DNA from: an uncultured Bacilli bacterium
GTDB lineage: Bacteria > Bacillota_I > Bacilli_A > RFN20 > CAG-826
Direction of reading: 5' to 3'
Assembly (NCBI GenBank): GCA_944336335.1
Contig: CALVLC010000036.1
Coordinates: 1-56,421, forward strand
Length of the DNA stretch: 56,421 nt
The notes beneath the pieces are model-generated. The model worked only from the letters and a program-made list of their open reading frames with translations. It was not told the origin of the DNA and searched no databases. The position numbers were made by a program, and so were the translations under genes. Position 1 is the stretch's first letter, and every line of letters begins with the position of its first letter. Of the stretch, positions 1-8,913 are shown one piece after another.

Positions 1-2
1 AG

Positions 3-128
3 AATATTGATAACAATTTCAACCTCAAGTATCAACTTCCGGCCCCAGAGTCGATTACGCTAAAAAACAATAATGTTCCAATTTTGCAATTAACAGATTT
101 TGCCAAAGTTAATTTTTCTTTCATTTAA
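3..128 (+). CDS. Possible 3' end of a gene entering from the left edge (NIDNNFNLKYQLPAPESITLKNNNVPILQLTDFAKVNFSFI*)
   Basis: Open frame from base 3 to TAA at 126-128 with protein-like composition; no recognisable motif. Confidence 0.3.
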   Translation, partial: NIDNNFNLKYQLPAPESITLKNNNVPILQLTDFAKVNFSFI

Positions 129-279
129 GATTTCTGCAATTTAGTTATATCAGATGTAACATTAATTCAAATAAATTGAAAATCTGATTTTGGTTTATAT
201 AATTTCAATCACTCAAATTAATCTTTTAAAAACTCTAAACAATAAAAACTAGAACAATAAAAAAATCTTTTTCAAAGGA

Positions 280-915
280 TTATATAATGTCTTTATGTCT
301 TAAATACATCTCTATAGCTTTGGCTTTAATAAAACCAACTCTACAACTTCTTTGAATTTTAGCAAGATTCACATCTTCTTTCTTAACTCTCTTATTTTTA
401 ATATCTTCAATCAATAATTGAACAAGTTCGTCATCATCAAAAGTAAAAAGATCTTTATTTGCCAAGATATAGTCTTTTGCTGTTTTATAAACAAAATCAT
501 CTAAATCATCATCGTAAGCTTTAAGACATTTCAAAAAATCTTTTTCGATGTCAGTTGGAGCATTAATTTCAACTTCAATAATTTCATCATTTAGTTGAGC
601 TTTGAAGGGTTTTCTCTCACTAAATGGTGTTTTAATAATTTTTTCTTGTTCTAAATAAGTATAAATTTCTCCTGCTTCAGTGAAACTAATATTATATGTT
701 TTACGGATTTTACTTATGTTAAACTTTTCGCCTTTATTAACAATTCGATCGATGAGATCTTTAGTTATTTCCTTATCTTTCCATGAAAGTGCTTTTTCAA
801 CATAACTTATATAATCCTTCATCTTACCAACATATAAAGAATCTATAGTTGAACCATCTAGATTTAATAGGCATATCAAGTCATTATATTTTGATAAAGA
901 TAATGAAATTTTCAT
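280..915 (-). CDS. Hypothetical putative DNA-binding protein; two internal units, each RHH-like plus FtsK-gamma-like winged helix
   Basis: 211-aa ORF with AGGAG RBS. Segments NISKIRKTYNISFTEAGEIYTYLEQEKII and LAKIQRSCRVGFIKAKAIEMYL resemble the FtsK gamma-domain pattern. A paralogue lies at 42454-43042. Confidence 0.75.
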   Translation of the reverse strand: MKISLSLSKYNDLICLLNLDGSTIDSLYVGKMKDYISYVEKALSWKDKEITKDLIDRIVNKGEKFNISKIRKTYNISFTEAGEIYTYLEQEKIIKTPFSERKPFKAQLNDEIIEVEINAPTDIEKDFLKCLKAYDDDLDDFVYKTAKDYILANKDLFTFDDDELVQLLIEDIKNKRVKKEDVNLAKIQRSCRVGFIKAKAIEMYLRHKDII

Positions 916-1251
916 AATTAATAAAGCTCCTATCTTTTAATTAAATTATAAATGTTCTATTTTCTTTTTACATAGAAGTAAATTTTTGATTTAACGTTTT
1001 TTGACAACGAGGTCGGCGTATGAAAAAGAACAAGAAAATAGTCAAAAAAACAGTTATCTAGACTTTTATATATAAGTTAAGGATTTCGAAATATTTTTAC
1101 TACCTCCTCGAATGTAAAAAACACACGTGCATTTGGTGCAAAACTAATAGCTAACTACTCGTTTGATCACTCGCAATTAGTAGATGTTGTCATCAAACTA
1201 CCTTAAATAGTTTACAATAATGCCGAAAGAAATTGTTAAAACTTGTAAAAA

Positions 1252-1455
1252 TTATTTTTTAAAAAGGTAATAAACTAAATAAACAGTTGAAGCAAGATAA
1301 ACAATGATAGAAACAATAAGTACTATTAAATAAAATACAGTAAATAATTTTCCCAAAGTCAAGTTCTGAATATTAACATAAATAATGATTAAACAAAGGA
1401 ATAAACTTAGCACGGATAATACGTGTCCACATAGAATTATTTTAACTTTTTCCAT
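1252..1455 (-). CDS. Small two-helix membrane protein
   Basis: AGGAG RBS 7 nt before ATG; 67 aa with two long hydrophobic stretches. Confidence 0.55.
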   Translation of the reverse strand: MEKVKIILCGHVLSVLSLFLCLIIIYVNIQNLTLGKLFTVFYLIVLIVSIIVYLASTVYLVYYLFKK

Positions 1456-1465
1456 ATATCAGCTC

Positions 1466-1654
1466 CTAAAATCCAGTAATGCCCCTATATCTATATAATT
1501 GTGTTTCTTGAAACCACCGAAGAAGCGGATAATCGCACACTAATCCAATCTCAATCAGTAAAATCAATTGACTCAAAAACACACTATAATACGAATAATT
1601 TTCCCTACATAATTTACCTTTTTTTACAATAGCACTTTTTAGTGGAAACAACAA
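1466..1654 (-). CDS. Small hypothetical protein (TTG start)
   Basis: GGAG 6 nt before TTG; ends just ahead of the RBS of the next ORF; has a hydrophobic stretch and an in-frame CGG at 1517-1519. Confidence 0.35.
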   Translation of the reverse strand: MLFPLKSAIVKKGKLCRENYSYYSVFLSQLILLIEIGLVCDYPLLRWFQETQLYRYRGITGF

Positions 1655-1887
1655 TAGAAGCTCCGTTGATCCTTCAGTTTATTCCATAATCATTGTTAAA
1701 AAAAACACAACTGACCTCCTGATAACTAAAATATTAAATTCCTCATTTTTAAATTACCTAAAATGATTCAATTTCATATATTTTTTTTGATAAATGGTTA
1801 AAAGTAACTTTCAATATTCCTTGACAAACACTGTCTAACAAATTTTCTTTAAATTTAAAAATGCTAAAAAGATTTCTGTTTATTAAA

Positions 1888-3945
1888 TTAATTCAAAAAT
1901 TCCAATCTTTTAATAATATGATTTTGGTAAGCAAGGTCTAACTCATTGAAATAACCACTCCAACCCCAAACTCGAACAATCAAGTTTTTATGATCCTCAG
2001 GATGCTTTTGAGCGTCAAGCAATACATCTCGATTGACTGCGTTTAATTGAAGTTGATGCCCTTTTAAAAGAATAAAAGTTTTAACTAAAGACGCAACTTT
2101 ATCAATACCTTCTTGATTTCTAAAAAGAGTGTCATGAAATTCTAAAGTTAATGGTCCGCCATTACATGTTTTAGTTAAATCGGGTTTAGTGAAAGATTTT
2201 ATAACACTTAAAACACCATCAAAATTTCTATTCAAAGATGGCGAATAGTTGGCACTAAATGATTCTTTTGCTTTTCTTCCATCACTCGTTGCACCTAAAG
2301 TTTCACTATACCAAACATAATACATGGCCGAACCTGTCCCTGCTCTAAAAATTCCGCCTCTTCCATTCTTATATTTAGAACATTCCTCAGAAAACTTATC
2401 TAAAAGTTTGCAACCAATATTATCAACAAAATCATCGTTATTTCCCATTTTCGGTGCAGAAACTAAGTATTTTCTTAATTTCTCATAACCTTCATAATCA
2501 TTGTCAATTGCTTTTACAAGTTCTTCTTTATTAACAGTTTTGTCTTCAAAAACACATCTTTTAATAGCGGCTAAGCTATCAGCTGCAGTTGAAAGGCCGG
2601 CTCCGTGAAGACCAAAATTATTATATTTATTACCTTCTGAAATATCTTTTTTGTTCTCAACACAATTTTTCATTAATATTGATTGGAACGGAGAAGGAAT
2701 GAGGAAAATATTTCTAGTTTTATCTATTAAACGTTTGATCTCTTTTTCTATTTCTTTGTTCACAAGCTTTTCAACTTCCTCATAAGTTGTAGCACTTAAA
2801 AATCCCTTTGAGTGAATTGCTTTATCGACACATTTTGGGAAAGCTAGTGCTTCAACATTAGGAATATCCATACCATATTTTGGAATGATAAATTCCCAGC
2901 ATGCTGCGACAACATAATCTCTAGCATCTTCTTCCTTATACCCCATTTTAATAAGGGCAGGAATTACAACATCATCATTAGAATATTGAGGAAATCCTAA
3001 ACCAACTTTTGTTAATTCTGTTCCTAATTTAAACCATTTAAAATCGGTATTTTTATCAACTCTTAAGTTAATTTTAGGATCAATCAATTTTAATTCTAAA
3101 GATGCTCTTAAGCACAGTTCAGTAAGTTCGTTAAAAGCAGATGTTCCATCTCTTTTTATACCACCTAAAACAAGAGATTGACCGTTATCACCTTGTTGTT
3201 CTCCAGGATAAAGATCTGTATCAAAATTAAGAGAAATAAACAATTCTTCAGTAATATTTAAAGCGTCTTCTTCATCGATTATTTTTAAATCAATGTCATG
3301 CTTATAATATTTATACATATATTGGTCAAATCGACCAATTGTATTGTGCTTATTTCCGTTTAACCATAACGTATAGTTAATAATTCTTAAAAATAAAGCT
3401 GCTTCATAATAATTTGTGGCTCCTTCATAAGGAATTTTTTTAAGAGCTATAGCCAAAACTTTGTTATCAGCTCTTTCAGCTTCTTTTTGATATTTTTCAA
3501 TTAATGAATAAAGAGCTAAAATTGATTCTTCCATCGCTTTAAGCTCAATTTCCTCTTTATCAGTATTCTTTTCTTTAAGTTTTTCCCTTATTTCTGCAAG
3601 CCTTTTGTTAAAACCAACACTTATTGTATATTCATAATCACTAGAAATATTTGCAACTAAAGCATGATCAAAAAGAAGATAAGTTTTACTTAATTCTTCT
3701 TTTTCTTTTTCAGTCAAAATATCTGGAATATTTTTAACTGTTCTCATAAATCCAATGTGATCTTCTGGAAAAATAATAGGTTTTTCAAGCTCAACCATTT
3801 TCTTTAATCGATCACTAACTCTTAAAGGAAGTGGAACGTTATTTTTTTCATACTCTAAAGAATCATCAAATGATATATCACTTCTTAAATTACGATATTC
3901 TCTTTTCTTTAATCTTTCATAAATTTTGCTAATTCTTTCGTTCAT
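1888..3945 (-). CDS. Glycyl radical enzyme (PFL-like family, not canonical pyruvate formate-lyase)
   Basis: Gly-radical loop VRVWGWSGYF; single active-site Cys in ACWE rather than the PFL CC pair; GGPLTLE and HQLQLNAV C-terminal motifs. Likely start is ATG 3945 after AGGTG. Confidence 0.9.
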   Translation of the reverse strand: MNERISKIYERLKKREYRNLRSDISFDDSLEYEKNNVPLPLRVSDRLKKMVELEKPIIFPEDHIGFMRTVKNIPDILTEKEKEELSKTYLLFDHALVANISSDYEYTISVGFNKRLAEIREKLKEKNTDKEEIELKAMEESILALYSLIEKYQKEAERADNKVLAIALKKIPYEGATNYYEAALFLRIINYTLWLNGNKHNTIGRFDQYMYKYYKHDIDLKIIDEEDALNITEELFISLNFDTDLYPGEQQGDNGQSLVLGGIKRDGTSAFNELTELCLRASLELKLIDPKINLRVDKNTDFKWFKLGTELTKVGLGFPQYSNDDVVIPALIKMGYKEEDARDYVVAACWEFIIPKYGMDIPNVEALAFPKCVDKAIHSKGFLSATTYEEVEKLVNKEIEKEIKRLIDKTRNIFLIPSPFQSILMKNCVENKKDISEGNKYNNFGLHGAGLSTAADSLAAIKRCVFEDKTVNKEELVKAIDNDYEGYEKLRKYLVSAPKMGNNDDFVDNIGCKLLDKFSEECSKYKNGRGGIFRAGTGSAMYYVWYSETLGATSDGRKAKESFSANYSPSLNRNFDGVLSVIKSFTKPDLTKTCNGGPLTLEFHDTLFRNQEGIDKVASLVKTFILLKGHQLQLNAVNRDVLLDAQKHPEDHKNLIVRVWGWSGYFNELDLAYQNHIIKRLEFLN

Positions 3946-3954
3946 AACTATCAC

Positions 3955-4806
3955 CTATAACACTCTTACTTCAATATCATTCGCTTTAAATAAATCTAAA
4001 TGTGGGTTTGACTCCATATTTTCATCATACATCGGTTCAAACTTTAAACCGGCTAATTTATATTTACTACCTGCATATTTGTTATATGGAAGTAGTTCTA
4101 CTCTAACTAAATCTTTAGCTCCTTTAATTTTGTTTATGATTTCTTTTAAATTTTCTTTTGTATCAATTACACCTGGGATTAAAGGAACTCTAATTATAAA
4201 CTTCGTTTTTGAATTTTTAAGAATCTCCAGATTTTTAAAAATTAAACTGTTGTCAATCCCTTCAAACTTTTTGGCTTGCTCTTCGTCCATCACTTTCATA
4301 TCAAATAAAACTAAATCAATATTGTCGATAATTTCTTTAAATTTTTGAGAATTTCCATATCCAGAAGTTTGAAGAGCAATATGAGTTTTTCCTTTTAGAC
4401 ATTTAACAAGTTCTAGCGTTTCGTCAACTTGAAAAAGTGGTTCACCTCCACTAATAGTAATTCCACCGTTATTAATCTTTAATATATCAGCATTCTTTAG
4501 AAGCTTGCTTACTAATTCACTTACTTCATAATCTATTGCTGACATTCTTATTAAATCACGAGGACAGACATCAACACATTTTGCGCATCCAATACACTTC
4601 TTTCTATTGTATTCGCAAATTTCAATGCATCTGCCACAATTTAGACATCTATTAGGACTCCTTAATGAAACATTTCCAAATCTTTTCCCTTCAGGAGAAT
4701 GGCACCAATTGCAATTTAAAGGACAACCTTTAAGAAAAACAGTTGTTCTTATTCCAGGCCCATCGTAAACACTAAACTCTTCTATTGAAAAAACTCTAAT
4801 TTTCAT
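3955..4806 (-). CDS. Glycyl-radical enzyme activating enzyme (radical SAM with ferredoxin-like insert)
   Basis: DGPGIRTTVFLKGCPLNCNWCH, CxxCxxC insert, GGITISGGEP, ELLPYN; abuts the GRE gene. Confidence 0.93.
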   Translation of the reverse strand: MKIRVFSIEEFSVYDGPGIRTTVFLKGCPLNCNWCHSPEGKRFGNVSLRSPNRCLNCGRCIEICEYNRKKCIGCAKCVDVCPRDLIRMSAIDYEVSELVSKLLKNADILKINNGGITISGGEPLFQVDETLELVKCLKGKTHIALQTSGYGNSQKFKEIIDNIDLVLFDMKVMDEEQAKKFEGIDNSLIFKNLEILKNSKTKFIIRVPLIPGVIDTKENLKEIINKIKGAKDLVRVELLPYNKYAGSKYKLAGLKFEPMYDENMESNPHLDLFKANDIEVRVL

Positions 4807-4840
4807 TTTTAGCTATATATATCTTTAATATTTGAGTTTG

Positions 4841-4889
4841 AAAAAAGCAGTAAATTTGCAATTTAATATTGCAAATCACTGCTTTTTTT
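4841..4889. terminator. Long inverted repeat with A/T tails; intrinsic terminator or mRNA-stabilising hairpin
   Basis: AAAAAAGCAG..TTTGCAAT / ATTGCAAA..CTGCTTTTTT immediately after the GH127 stop. Confidence 0.7.
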
Positions 4890-4900
4890 CTTAAAAATTT

Positions 4901-7900
4901 CTATTCAGCTTCTTTAATCCAAACAACCATTTTTTGTTCTTGTGGATCTCTATTTCCTCTCAAATAGAATGGGATTAAAGTTAATTCTCTAACTCTTCCA
5001 TCTTTATTTCCATTAACTTTTAAGATGTTTGTTGGAATAGCGTAAGAGGTCTCTTCATCAATTTTTCTAACAAAAGTTGTTTCATCAAGTTCCACTCTTA
5101 CTTCTTCAGTTTTGGTGATAGTAATTGTATCATCATCGATAAAGTTTTTGTTGTCAATTCTTTCAGCACAATAAACTAATGGTCCATATTTGAAAGCAAC
5201 TCTACCTTGATTTTCTTCTTCATAGTCTTGATACATTCTCATTACTTGTCTATCAAAAGTAATTTCAACTTCATGTTTACCAGAAGCAAGTTCAAAGTTA
5301 ATGTATCCGTCTTCACTAACATTAAATGTATAAGTCAATCCATCAACTTTAATGTCAGCTTTTGTGGACCATGATGGCATTCTAACTTTTAAGTTATATT
5401 TGCCTTCACTTCTGCTTTCAAATTTCATAACGTTTCCTGTTGGAACATCAGAATATTGAATTAATTGAACCTTTGTATTTCCAACTTTTGAATCAAATGT
5501 TGAAGAAACATATTGATTTATAAATAATGTGTCTTCGCTCTTAGCATAAATAATTTCTGGTAACTCAGAATAATATTTTAAGAACATTGGAACACAACAT
5601 GGAGTGACATTTGAGAATTGTGGTCTAACATAGTTGTCTGAAATCATTGGGTTTGTATAATAGAAACTATTTCCATCTAAACCTAAGCAACCAAGAATGC
5701 CATTGTACATTTCAAGTTCAACTTGATCAGCATATTTTGCATCGCCAAAAATGTTAAACATATTTTGACTATAGAAAGCCATACCAACAGAAGCACATGT
5801 TTCACAATATCCATCATGCGGTAATTGATTTGTTCCACCATAAGCTTCATCACCATTCTTTGTTGAACCAGTTCCGCCTGTAATATACATTTGTGAATTT
5901 ACAATGTTATTCCAAATTGAATAAGCAGCTTCAGCAAATGAAAAGTTTTCTTCTTTGTTTGCTAAATATGCCATGCCATTGTACCAAAGATTTGCTCTAA
6001 CTGCGTGTCCTTGAGCTTCTGTAATTTCTCTATAATCTTGATTATCTTGAGCATAAGCACCATTTGAAGTATTGTTATATCTACCCTCTGTGTGACCTCT
6101 TTCAGTAATCCAAGAACAAGCGATGTCATTATATTTATCAAATCTGATATCTAAAGAATAATATCTATCTGATGGGCTGACTCCTTCAAGATTAGAATAT
6201 TTTTTCTCCATATATTCTACTAATTCTGGATTTTCTTTATATAAGAGATAAAGATTTTCCATGGCTTCTTCTGGGAGTTCATGAGGTGGAACAACCATAT
6301 AACCTTGGAAACCATCTCTTCCATAAATATAGTCAACAATAAATTCAGCAAAACGAGTTGCAGCAAATAATAATCTTGTATCGCCAGTGGCTCTATACCA
6401 ATAAGTTGCAGCTTCAGCTAAACAACCAAAGTTATATAAGTCATGGTGCCATCTTCCAGCTGCTTCAGTTTCATCACAAACATAATCATACTTTAATATA
6501 TTATATGTTGAGAAGTAGCCATCAACTGGTTTCCCTCTTCCATCTTTTGCTGTAGTTTTCTTACTTGCTTCAAAGATTTGTTCAATATATTTATCAACTC
6601 TTTCTTGTAATTGATAAGCACTACCAGATAATTTGCTATCATCTTTATTTGTATAAATAAATGCAGCAGCTGCTCTAATACCTTCATAGATTAAACCTTC
6701 TCTCCAAGGTTCATCAATCCATGTCCATGTTGTATTATTAACGTTAGTTGCATCATCTGGTCTTCTAACTTGTCCAGCATGATCAGATAAATTTCCTAAA
6801 ATATGTTTTTCACCTTTTGCAACGCGATCAAAGTTATCAAAAGAATTTGATAGTTCGAACATATCAAACATAAAGTTTACTGTATGAGTTGAATATTGTT
6901 CATACATGTTTGACCAGAAGCCATCGTTTAACTTGACTTCATTTGAAGTTGTTCTTTGAATTTCGTTGAAATCGTATTGCATTTTTTCTCCTTTTATTGT
7001 GTATGTTCTACTATTTTTTCCGCTTCCAACAACAACTTCAAAATGATTGGCGCCAACTTCATTTACAGTTGCTGTATCATCAGAATAATATGTCTCAAAA
7101 GCTATGCTCTCTTTTTTGATATCTTCTTCTAATAATAACGGATAAGAATATGTTGTTGGCGAGAACCCTTTTACTGTTTCACCATTAATTGTGAGATCAC
7201 TTAATGCATTTTCATGTAAATATTCTAATCCCCATTTGCTCTCTAAATAAGCTTCAACAGTTTGATATTCTCCATCTGTTAGACCCCTGTTAAATACAAG
7301 AATTTCCCCTAAATCTCCAGTAAAAGAATCGTTTTCTGCGCTTCCTCCAAGAGAAACAGGAGCTTCAATATCAGGTGTTTTTGTTGAGCCTTTAAATGAT
7401 GATTCAATTGTGCCATTGACACCTACATCAGCGTCTTCGCCACTCTTTCTTCCAGAAATAATTACTGGTGATTCATAATCAAATGATACTTTTGCTTGAT
7501 AATAACTACCTTCTTTAACAGCATCGGCCCAGCCATAATTTAGTTGACTACCTTCAATGTTGAAGAACCGTTCATGATTCCATGGTGAACCATTTGTTAA
7601 GTGCGAGAAAATATCGGCATGATCATAAAGTTCATCAAACTTAGCAACAACAAATATGGTCATATCGTCTAAATTGAATCCAGTATCAGCACCTACTTGC
7701 ATATAAGAATTTCTTGAAAATCTTACTGCAGGTTTCCCGTTTAGTTCACTTGATTTAACAAAACTTGGTTGACGTGCCGAATTATCTTGAGCCGCATCAC
7801 CGTTTCCTTCAAGAGTATATGGTGCTAAGTTTTCTAATGTTGAAACTTTACTTCCATCTTCTAAATCTAATGTAGAAGCATCAAATCTAACCTCTAACCC

Positions 7901-8035
7901 ATCAATTGTTGACAAAACGTCTTCATTTACTGTTTCTGCCTTTGTTTCTTTGCTACTAAATGGAGCTAAACTATTAACAGAACTTAGAATTGTTGATGCC
8001 GATATAACCATCAACGTACAAATTTTTTTAATCAT
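4901..8035 (-). CDS. Secreted multidomain GH127-family glycosidase (beta-L-arabinofuranosidase-like) with N-terminal LamG-like and beta-sandwich domains
   Basis: Signal peptide; HDLYNFGCLAEAA, GHAVRA, YCETCASVG and PCC motifs match the HypBA1-type E-x-C / CC zinc site; FKYGPLVYCAE; LIPFY. Confidence 0.85.
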   Translation of the reverse strand: MIKKICTLMVISASTILSSVNSLAPFSSKETKAETVNEDVLSTIDGLEVRFDASTLDLEDGSKVSTLENLAPYTLEGNGDAAQDNSARQPSFVKSSELNGKPAVRFSRNSYMQVGADTGFNLDDMTIFVVAKFDELYDHADIFSHLTNGSPWNHERFFNIEGSQLNYGWADAVKEGSYYQAKVSFDYESPVIISGRKSGEDADVGVNGTIESSFKGSTKTPDIEAPVSLGGSAENDSFTGDLGEILVFNRGLTDGEYQTVEAYLESKWGLEYLHENALSDLTINGETVKGFSPTTYSYPLLLEEDIKKESIAFETYYSDDTATVNEVGANHFEVVVGSGKNSRTYTIKGEKMQYDFNEIQRTTSNEVKLNDGFWSNMYEQYSTHTVNFMFDMFELSNSFDNFDRVAKGEKHILGNLSDHAGQVRRPDDATNVNNTTWTWIDEPWREGLIYEGIRAAAAFIYTNKDDSKLSGSAYQLQERVDKYIEQIFEASKKTTAKDGRGKPVDGYFSTYNILKYDYVCDETEAAGRWHHDLYNFGCLAEAATYWYRATGDTRLLFAATRFAEFIVDYIYGRDGFQGYMVVPPHELPEEAMENLYLLYKENPELVEYMEKKYSNLEGVSPSDRYYSLDIRFDKYNDIACSWITERGHTEGRYNNTSNGAYAQDNQDYREITEAQGHAVRANLWYNGMAYLANKEENFSFAEAAYSIWNNIVNSQMYITGGTGSTKNGDEAYGGTNQLPHDGYCETCASVGMAFYSQNMFNIFGDAKYADQVELEMYNGILGCLGLDGNSFYYTNPMISDNYVRPQFSNVTPCCVPMFLKYYSELPEIIYAKSEDTLFINQYVSSTFDSKVGNTKVQLIQYSDVPTGNVMKFESRSEGKYNLKVRMPSWSTKADIKVDGLTYTFNVSEDGYINFELASGKHEVEITFDRQVMRMYQDYEEENQGRVAFKYGPLVYCAERIDNKNFIDDDTITITKTEEVRVELDETTFVRKIDEETSYAIPTNILKVNGNKDGRVRELTLIPFYLRGNRDPQEQKMVVWIKEAE

Positions 8036-8055
8036 ATTAATTACGTCTCCAAAAA

Positions 8056-8904
8056 TTATTTTGTTTTAAGAAATAGTTCAAGAGAATTTGAATAAATTGA
8101 TCTCATTTTAGTAGGTGTCATTTTATAAAATTCTTTGAACTGCCTCATAAAATATTCAGCCGAACTATAATTCAAACTTATTGCAATTGATTCAATAGTA
8201 TCATCGCTATTTAAAAGCATCTTTTTTGCTTCTTCCATTTTCATTTTTAAAATATATTTTAATGGAGAAATGCCAAGATATTCTTTAAAAAGCATATAAA
8301 TATACTTCTCACTGTATCCAAATTTTTCTGCTAAATCTGCGATTTTAATATCTGCATGTTGAAAGTTGTTATCAATATAACTAACCATCGCATTAAATCT
8401 TTTATTTTTAAATGCTGGAACATTGATATTATTTTCTAGGGAGAATTCTTCAATTATTGTAGTTAATAATAAGTCTCTAATTCTCTTTGTATCTTTATTC
8501 TTATAGTCATATTGTTCAAGTTGATATGACAAAGTCAAAATATATTCAGGGAAGTTTGTTGAAAACTTGATTGGTAATATATAGTGATTGCCTTTCTTTC
8601 TATATTTTTCAACTTCATCTTCTTCAACAATTTTAGAATCAGCAGGTAAATAGAAATGATGCCAATGAAGAACGCAATCTGTTGCCTTAAGTCCATAATG
8701 TTTTATTCCTCCAGGAAGAAGAAATAAATCGTTTTTCTTTAAGCAATAATCTTCAAGATGATGGATTAATATTTCGCCGCTCACAATAAACATAAGCTCA
8801 GTTTCATTCATAGTTCTTGTTTCATGAACGTGATGCTTATTGTGTGCAATTCCGCTTTGCACGTGCTCAATTAATCCATTTTTCTTAAAGACAATATATT
8901 TCAT
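8056..8904 (-). CDS. AraC-family transcriptional regulator
   Basis: N-terminal cupin-like sensor; C-terminal double HTH (IADLAEKFGYSEKYIYMLFK; YFMRQFKEFYKMTP). Confidence 0.92.
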   Translation of the reverse strand: MKYIVFKKNGLIEHVQSGIAHNKHHVHETRTMNETELMFIVSGEILIHHLEDYCLKKNDLFLLPGGIKHYGLKATDCVLHWHHFYLPADSKIVEEDEVEKYRKKGNHYILPIKFSTNFPEYILTLSYQLEQYDYKNKDTKRIRDLLLTTIIEEFSLENNINVPAFKNKRFNAMVSYIDNNFQHADIKIADLAEKFGYSEKYIYMLFKEYLGISPLKYILKMKMEEAKKMLLNSDDTIESIAISLNYSSAEYFMRQFKEFYKMTPTKMRSIYSNSLELFLKTK

Positions 8905-8913
8905 ATTTTATAA

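Noticed and set aside
32-124. 30-aa minus-strand ORF MKEKLTLAKSVNCK..
   Set aside because: No RBS and it overlaps a more protein-like plus-strand frame; undecidable at the window edge.
1030-1250. Stop-interrupted minus-strand frame (..SFAPNARVFFTFEEVVKNISK..)
   Set aside because: Too short and degraded to assign.
1888-3945. Calling the GRE pflB/pflD or cutC
   Set aside because: It lacks the PFL Cys-Cys pair and I cannot verify CutC-specific residues, so no gene symbol is assigned.
3926-4348. 140-aa plus-strand ORF
   Set aside because: Antisense shadow of the well-supported activase gene; no RBS or motif.
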